A stretch of 64,000 nt of DNA, from the NCBI GenBank assembly GCA_964016885.1, contig OZ024743.1, positions 71,672,001 through 71,736,000 of the forward strand. The letters are read 5' to 3'. The DNA comes from Eledone cirrhosa (lineage: Eukaryota). The stretch's first letter is position 1, and the number at the start of each line of letters is the position of its first letter. A model generated the notes under the pieces. That model had not been told where the DNA came from, ran no database searches, and saw only the letters and a list, made by a program, of their open reading frames with translations. A program made the translations under genes and the position numbers. This document shows, piece by piece, positions 56,881 to 64,000 of this stretch.

Positions 56881-59646
56881 CAATTAAGTTAAAAAATGTA
56901 CATCCACATATGTATACTGAAATACTAGTATGCATATGAATACACACACGTATACATATGTAGATGTACCAAGTCTTTCACTGGTCACTTTACTGTGAGT
57001 GGCCAGCTATTCTGTATCTAAACACACAGACAAACCGGTTTTTAGAGTCATACTGGTTTTTGAGGAAACACCTTTCCTCTATTCTCTAGAAAGCCAGACA
57101 AGGAATAGTGAACTAGTTTCGTTGTTGTGACAACTCATCAGCAATATTTACCTATCTACCGGCCTTTCTGGAGAATCGTAAAAGCACATATCGTTATATG
57201 CTTTTTCTATGAAAATTAGCAGTGGGCAGACTAATTTGCATAGAGTGTGAGTACGTACCGGTTCAACGGAGACGATAAAAACAAATAACGAAACGAAATT
57301 AAATTTCGTTTCGTTTGTAACTCACTTTTGTATGACTGACGCTTAAACAATTAAGTTAAAAATGTACATCCACATATGTATACTGAAATACTAGTATGCA
57401 TATGAATACACACACGTATACATATGTAGATGTACCAAGTCTTTCACTGGTCACTTTATTGTGAGTGGCCAGCTATTCTGTATGTAAACACACAGACAAA
57501 CCGGTTTTTAGAGTCATACTGGTTTTTGAGGAAACACCTTTCCTCTATTCTCCAGAAAGCCAAACAAGGAATATTGAACTAGTTTCGTTGTTGTTACAAG
57601 TCATCAGCAATATTTACCTATCTACCGGCCTTTCTGGAGAATCGTAAAAGCACATATCGTTATATGCTTTTTCTATGAAAATTAGTAGTGGGCAGACTAA
57701 TTTGCATAGAGTGTGAGTACGTACCGGTTCAACGGAGACGATAAAAACAAATAACGAAACGAAATTAAATTTCGTTTCGTTTGTAACTCACTTTTGTATG
57801 ACTGACGCTTAAACAATTAAGTTAAAAATGTACATCCACATATGTATACTGAAATACTAGTATGCATATGAATACACACACGTATACATATGTAGATGTA
57901 CCAAGTCTTTCACTGGTCACTTTACTGTGAGTGGCCACCTATTCTGTATCTAAACACACAGACAAACCGGTTTTTAGAGTCATACTGGTTTTTGCGGAAA
58001 CACCTTTCCTCTATTCTCCAGAAAGCCAGACAAGGAATATTGAACTAGTTTCGTTGTTGTTACAACTCATCAGCAATATTTACCTATCTACCGGACTTTC
58101 TGGAGAATCGTAAAAGCACATATCGTTATATGCTTTTTCTATGAAAATTAGTAGTGGGCAGACTAATTTGCATAGAGTGTGAGTACGTACCGGTTCAACG
58201 GAGACGATAAAAACAAATAACGAAACGAAATTAAATTTCGTTTCGTTTGTAACTCACTTTTGTATGACTGACGCTTAAACAATTAAGTTTAAAATGTACA
58301 TCCACATATGTATACTGAAATACTAGTATGCATATGAATACACACACGTATACATATGTAGATGTACCAAGTCCTTCACTGGTCACTTTATTGTGAGTGG
58401 CCAGCTATTCTGTATGTAAACACACAGACAAACCGTTTTTTTTTTTTTTTTTTTTTGTTTCCTCAAAAACCAGTATGACTCTAAAAACCGGTTTGTCTGT
58501 GTGTTTACATACAGAATAGCTGGCCACTCACAGTAAAGTGACCAGTGAAAGACTTGGTACATCTACATATGTATACGTGTGTGTATTCATATGCATACTA
58601 GTATTTCATTATACATATGTGGATGTACATTTTTAACTTAATTGTTTAAGCGTCAGTCATACAAAAGTGAGTTACAAACGAAACGAAATTTAATTTCGTT
58701 TCGTTATTTGTTTTTATCGTCTCCGTTGGACCGGTACGTACTCACACTCTATGCAAATTAGTCTGCCCACTACTAATTTTCATAGAAAAAGCATATAACG
58801 ATATGTGCTTTTACGATTCTCCAGAAAGTCCGGTAGATAGGTAAATATTGCTGATGAGTTGTAACAACAACGAAACTAGTTCAATATTCCTTGTCTGGCT
58901 TTCTGGAGAATAGAGGAAAGGTGTTTCCTCAAAAACCAGTATGACTCTAAAAACCGGTTTGTCTGTGTGTTTACATACAGAATAGCTGGCCACTCACAGT
59001 AAAGTGACCAGTGAAAGACTTGGTACATCTACATATGTATACGTGTGTGTATTCATATGCATACTAGTATTTCAGTATACATATGTGGATGTACATTTTT
59101 AAATTAATTGTTTAAGCGTCAGTCATACAAAAGTGAGTTACAAACGAAACGAAATTTAATTTCGTTTCGTTATTTGTTTTTATCGTCTCCGTTGAACCGG
59201 TACGTACTCACACTCTATGCAAATTAGTCTGCCCACTACTAATTTTCATAGAAAAAGCATATAACGATATGTGCTTTTACGATTCTCCAGAAAGGCCGGT
59301 AGATAGGTAAATATTGCTGATGAGTTGTAACAACAACGAAACTAGTTCAATATTCCTTGTCTGGCTTTCTGGAGAATAGAGGAAAGGTGTTTCCTAAAAA
59401 AACAGTATGACTCTAAAAACCGGTTTGTCTGTGTTTACATACAGAATAGGTGGCCACTCACAGTAAAGTGACCAGTGAAAGACTTGGTACATCTACATAT
59501 GTATACGTGTGTGTATTCATATGCATACTAGTATTTCAGTATACATATGTGGATGTACATTTTTAACTTAATTGTTTAAGCGTCAGTCATACTAAAGTGA
59601 GTTACAAACGAAACGAAATTTAATTTCGTTTCGTTATTTGTTTTTA
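56881..59646. repeat. 466-bp tandem repeat with one hammerhead per unit (retrozyme-like): ~3.3 units on - (56881-58436), a T-run, then ~2.5 units on + (58458-59646)
   Basis: Period 466 (57104/57570/58036; 58844/59310); near-identical units; no credible ORF. Confidence 0.92.
58844..58888 (+). ncRNA. Type I hammerhead of the 466-bp repeat (also 59310-59354 +; 57104-57148, 57570-57614, 58036-58080 -)
   Basis: AATATTG-CTGATGA-GTTGT AACA ACAAC-GAAA-CTAG-TT-CAATATT; canonical core, palindromic stem III, GUU triplet. Confidence 0.88.
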
Positions 59647-59720
59647 TATATATATACATATGTTTTTATTTATATATATGGCTGTATCTGTATATATATA
59701 TATGTATGTATTTGTATATG

Positions 59721-59779
<59 letters not shown>

Positions 59780-59929
59780 GTGCGCGAGTTGTTATATGTC
59801 TATATATATATATATATATATGTTTATGTATATGTATATATGTGTATACATATGTATTTATATATATATATATATATACATATGTGAGTGTATGTATGCA
59901 TGTGTGTATATCTATGTATATATGTATAT

Positions 59930-62541
59930 CAGGGTGTTCCAGAATCCCACATTTTACGCAAAACTGTTTTTTTCTAAGCTCTCTGTGCATTTTCTCATGC
60001 CATTTTCTATATTATCAATTTATAATGTAATTTTGATTATTTCAGACTAATTTAATCCTTGCTTAATAGTTGCAAATTGGCTGAATAATGGCGGAAACCA
60101 GTTGGCCTAGTTGTAGCTACTCGCTCCGTTGTGATGATCGAGAAATATGACTCCTTGGGCAATATGTTACATCCTTTTCACCAAACAAAATACCAACAAA
60201 GGGAGATGCTCTATGAATACAGAAATTTACAAAAATACAAAGCAAAGGTTCTCAGTCAAACAAAGAAAAGGAAGCACTATTTATTTCTGAATTGGATTCG
60301 TATTTCTACATTGCACATATTGATGCTGAAAAGAAAATTTTGAAAGACCATCTTCGTAATAATGAACAGAAAATGAAAGTTGCTACATTTCTCGAAGCCC
60401 TGCGTTGCCAGAAAAAGTATCTGTGTGGTGAAGACAAGGGTGACCAGAAAAAGGTATCTTCAAATTTTAAGCGTGAGCAGGTTTCTGTGGCTCGTTGAGA
60501 GTCAGAGAACCATAGAAAGCATTTGTCAGGATCTGTAACAGCACAACTTCCACGTAATTAACTGAATGATTCAAGTTCAACCAATTATGAAGCTGATGAT
60601 GAACAGGATCCTGAATTTCTGGCCTCAAACCCACCCAGAGACAGCTCAAAATCAGACAAGAAACGAAAAATCCAAATGGAACTTCCAAAGAATCCATTTC
60701 AAAGTCAAAAAATTTCTCTAATGGCTGATCGTTTAAACCTGACACTGGGCCAGAGAACAGCATTGATTATTTCTGAGGGTGGGACTGACATAGACGCCAC
60801 AACTCTCTCCAATAATAGTAGCAGACATGCAGCTAAGAAGATCAGAACTGTGAGGGCTGGACACATAAAGGAACAATTTGCTGTACCATACTTTGTTACT
60901 TTGCATTGGGATGGCAAAATAATTCCTGGTGACAACGAGAGGCTAGGTGTGCTAGTTGCTGGAACTCCGGAATTCAGAGAAGGTAAACCCCTCGGAGTTG
61001 CCATAATTCCTGATGGCACTGAAACCACCCAAGCCAAAGCATCATTTGATCTTGTTAAAGATTGGAATGTTAATGCGTCTGTGGCGGGCTTGGTCTTCGA
61101 CACAACTGCTTCGAATTCTGGATGGAAAAATGGTGCCTACGTGAAACTAGAAGAGATGCTCAACAAAAATGCGTTTGATTTTGCTTGTCGGCACCATGTC
61201 ATGAAGCGTATCTTGTGTGCAGTATGGCAATAACTATTCGGAGCAATGTCCAGTCCAGACACCCCAGAGTTCAAGGAGTTCAAAAAAGATTGGGTGTCAC
61301 TCACGGACAAGACCAACTTTAAAACATTGAACATTGTCGACCGGAGACTCAAGCGGCTGTGTTCTGAGAACATCAAGTTCCTCCAAGATTTGCTGACATC
61401 CGACGATGGGAAAATGAGTTCTCTCCCACGGGACGATTACCGAGAATGTACCGAGTTGATGTTGATCTTGCTTGGTGTCACCCCTCCTCGTGGAATTCAT
61501 TGGATGTTGCCTGGTGCACATCATAACGCTCGGTGGATGTCCACAGTCATCTATAGTACGAAGATGTATGCATTTGGTGAGAAACTCAATTACGATCAAG
61601 CTAAAATGGAAAAGTTGCGCCGGATCTGTATGTTCAATGCTCTGTTCTACGTGTGATACTGGCTGACAGCACTCATGTGTGCTGATGCACCATCCAATGA
61701 CCTTCAATTCTACGTGGAGTTGACACAGTACAGTAAGGTTGACAGATCTCTCGCAGGCAGCCACTACTGCCCTGAGCAGGCATCTTTGGTACCTGACGGA
61801 GGAAACCATTCCGCTAGCGCTGTTTTCAAGTCGGGTTCAAGAGTCTAAGAAGAAACAAATAGCCCAACGTCTTGTCAAAACGAAAACCTCTGGGCCTCTC
61901 GACCGTGGTGCTCCAGTATTTCCCGATTTGAAGTCGTCCACGAAGCTGCCTCATCTAGTTGGGAAGAAATCAAGGCTTCTGTTCGATCTCCTTGGTCTCG
62001 ACGATACTTGGCTTGAGCTGTCACCTGCAACTTGGTCATCACAAGCGTCATATCAAAATGTCTGTGCTGTTGTTCACAATATCAAGGTAGTCAACGATCT
62101 GGCGGAGAGAGTAGTCAAGCTGATAACTGATTTTGTTGCCATCACCAAGAATGAGGAGGAGAAGTAGTGTGTTCTTCAAGTAGTCGAAGCTCATTGTCGC
62201 AAGGATCCCGGATTTCAAAAAAGAAACTCTGAAAAAAATATGACAGGAGTTAACTTAACTGAATTTGTTTCTTCCTTGTACGCCTTTTTATTCAAAGCTG
62301 GTTTACTAAATATAATGGATTAATAAAATAAACAAATATTGTATGGTCATATTTGGTTTTATATTTTCATGATTTCATGCAACATAATCAGACTTTCCAC
62401 TATAATCACCATGATATAGGCAAAACTCAAAATAATTTATTTTATACAAAATATATTTTAATTTACCAAGTGGTGCATTTATAATGGGAAAATACACAGG
62501 GAGCGTTAGTATTGTGACCTTGCTTTTTATGGCACACTCTA
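59930..62541 (+). mobile_element. Decayed DNA transposon, hAT superfamily (hATm-like); transposase remnant ~60090-62240
   Basis: LHWDGK, FDTTASNSG, ACRHH, PGAHHNARWM, RHLWYL, VVNDLAER; imperfect TIRs CAGGGTGTTCCAGAA / TAGAGTGTGCCATAA (11/15); subfamily call is from memory. Confidence 0.75.
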
Positions 62542-62677
62542 ATATATATATATATATTTGGAAATATGTGTCTGCATGCGTGTATGTATGTGTATATTTG
62601 TATGTGTATGTATGTATGTGTATGTATGTTTATGTATATATGTGTATATATGTGCTATATATATATATATATATATA

Positions 62678-63324
62678 TTAAGACAGGGGGGGGGGAGAAA
62701 AAAATGGCTTCACTTGTGCTTTCAACAAATTTATTTTCTCCACAAAATCCAAAAATAATTTTTTTCTGGATTAGAAAAAAAAAAAAAAAAAATTTTTATA
62801 AATTAAGTCGTTGGTTGTTGGTTAGGTCTTAGGAGTTCTTGGTTAACGTAGGAGGTATTGTTTCGTTTTTAGAAAGACCTTTCACGCTGAGGTGCGCTTG
62901 TCAAACTGATGTGTATGTGGTGTGTTGTTCTATATATAGGGATTTAACATGTTTGTGGTGCGGTGGGGTTTTTTTCCTCCCCCTTTAATAAGTGTAGTGG
63001 TGTAGGTGTATTGAAAAAATGTTAATAGCAGTAATGGGTTGAGACAGTGAGTAGGGTTGGATGGGGAGAAATGTAGCAAGCGCGGCCTGCCCCGGTCATT
63101 CTCGAAAAATTCCTTTATTCAGGGGAAAAAGCTTTTAGTATTCCTTTGTATCGAAAATGGTAAGAACTCCTAAGACCTAACCAACAACCAATGACTTAAT
63201 TTATAAAATAAAAAAATAAAAATTTGTTCTAATCCGGAAAAAAATTCTTTTTGGATTTTGTGAAGAAAATAAATTTGTTGAAAGCAGAAGTGAAGCCAAT
63301 TTTTTTCTTCCCCCCTGTCTTAAT
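62678..63324. repeat. Element with ~160-bp diverged inverted arms (62678-62840 / 63162-63324); probably a PLE end with an inversion
   Basis: Reverse-complement match seen directly; possible decayed U3-A8 HHR on - at 62871-62907 (TTGACAA-GCGC..GCGT-GAAA-GGTC-TT). Confidence 0.55.
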
Positions 63325-63356
63325 ATACCTAACTGTACCAAGGATTACACACATTT

Positions 63357-63414
<58 letters not shown>

Positions 63415-63586
63415 TTTCCAGGGATAACTTGAACTGTTAAGGTATATTATCCTTGGTTATGTCAAATATTTATAAAACATTTTGTATTTTATCTGATGAT
63501 AGCGTACCAACATTTTGGTACCCTTGAAATATGTATAATAGAATAAATATGGTTTTATAAATATAGTTTCCATTTATTTAATATAA

Positions 63587-63658
<72 letters not shown>

Positions 63659-64000
63659 ATGTGTACATATATATGTATATGACTAACAGCAGAATGTTTT
63701 AAGTCTGCATGTCTGACATATATGCGTAGCTTGTGAATAAAAACGTCAAGGGGTTTCGCTGGCCGAGCTGATCCGTGCCAAACATGTTTTGTAATGTATG
63801 GTCTTATTGGCTAATCAACCAATGAAAGGTATTGTTCCTCAAAAGAATCCGCCACTTTGCACGTTTATTTATCGTTATGCTTTCGAATCTTCCTCCTGTA
63901 TTTCGTCGTTTATCATCAAAATATTTTTCTCGTTTTGGTAAGTTATATTGGTAATTTATATATATATATATATATATATTAATAAATGGAAACTATATTT

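Noticed and set aside
57465-58993. Repeated 60-aa ORF (MASYSVCKHTDK...) in the 466-bp unit
   Set aside because: GTG start, antisense to the hammerhead, interrupted by TGA in the first unit, no recognisable motif
56881-59646. CRISPR-like array or ordinary satellite interpretation
   Set aside because: No unique spacers, eukaryotic context, and the ribozyme plus RNA structure argue against a plain satellite

Overview
AT-rich, microsatellite-dense animal DNA, probably cephalopod (the tRNA-derived SINE family looks octopus-like; this is inference). It is almost entirely transposon-derived and contains no supportable intact host gene. Penelope-like elements (PLEs) of at least three RT+GIY-YIG lineages dominate, inserted into (TA)n with pseudo-LTRs and 5' inversions: a Neptune-type element (14.8-20.8 kb), short 'YRDD' Hydra-like elements (1-4 kb, 21-24 kb, 24.1-30.6 kb, 36.3-38.1 kb), and a long element with a telomerase-IFD-like insertion in the RT (38.1-40.2 kb, 50.9-56.6 kb). 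Also present are RTE, CRE and APE-LINE remnants, SINEs, a decayed hAT(m)-like transposon and a ~3 kb segmental duplication. Reading both strands by hand gave about 30 type-I hammerhead ribozyme (HHR) motifs in about 13 sequence families, two of which use a compensatory U3-A8 core. The main finding is a non-coding, highly self-complementary 466-bp tandem repeat (56.9-59.6 kb) with one hammerhead per monomer, arranged head-to-head: a candidate retrozyme/circular-RNA system that may be mobilised by PLE RT. All RNA structures were paired by eye and are untested; coordinates are approximate to a few bases.
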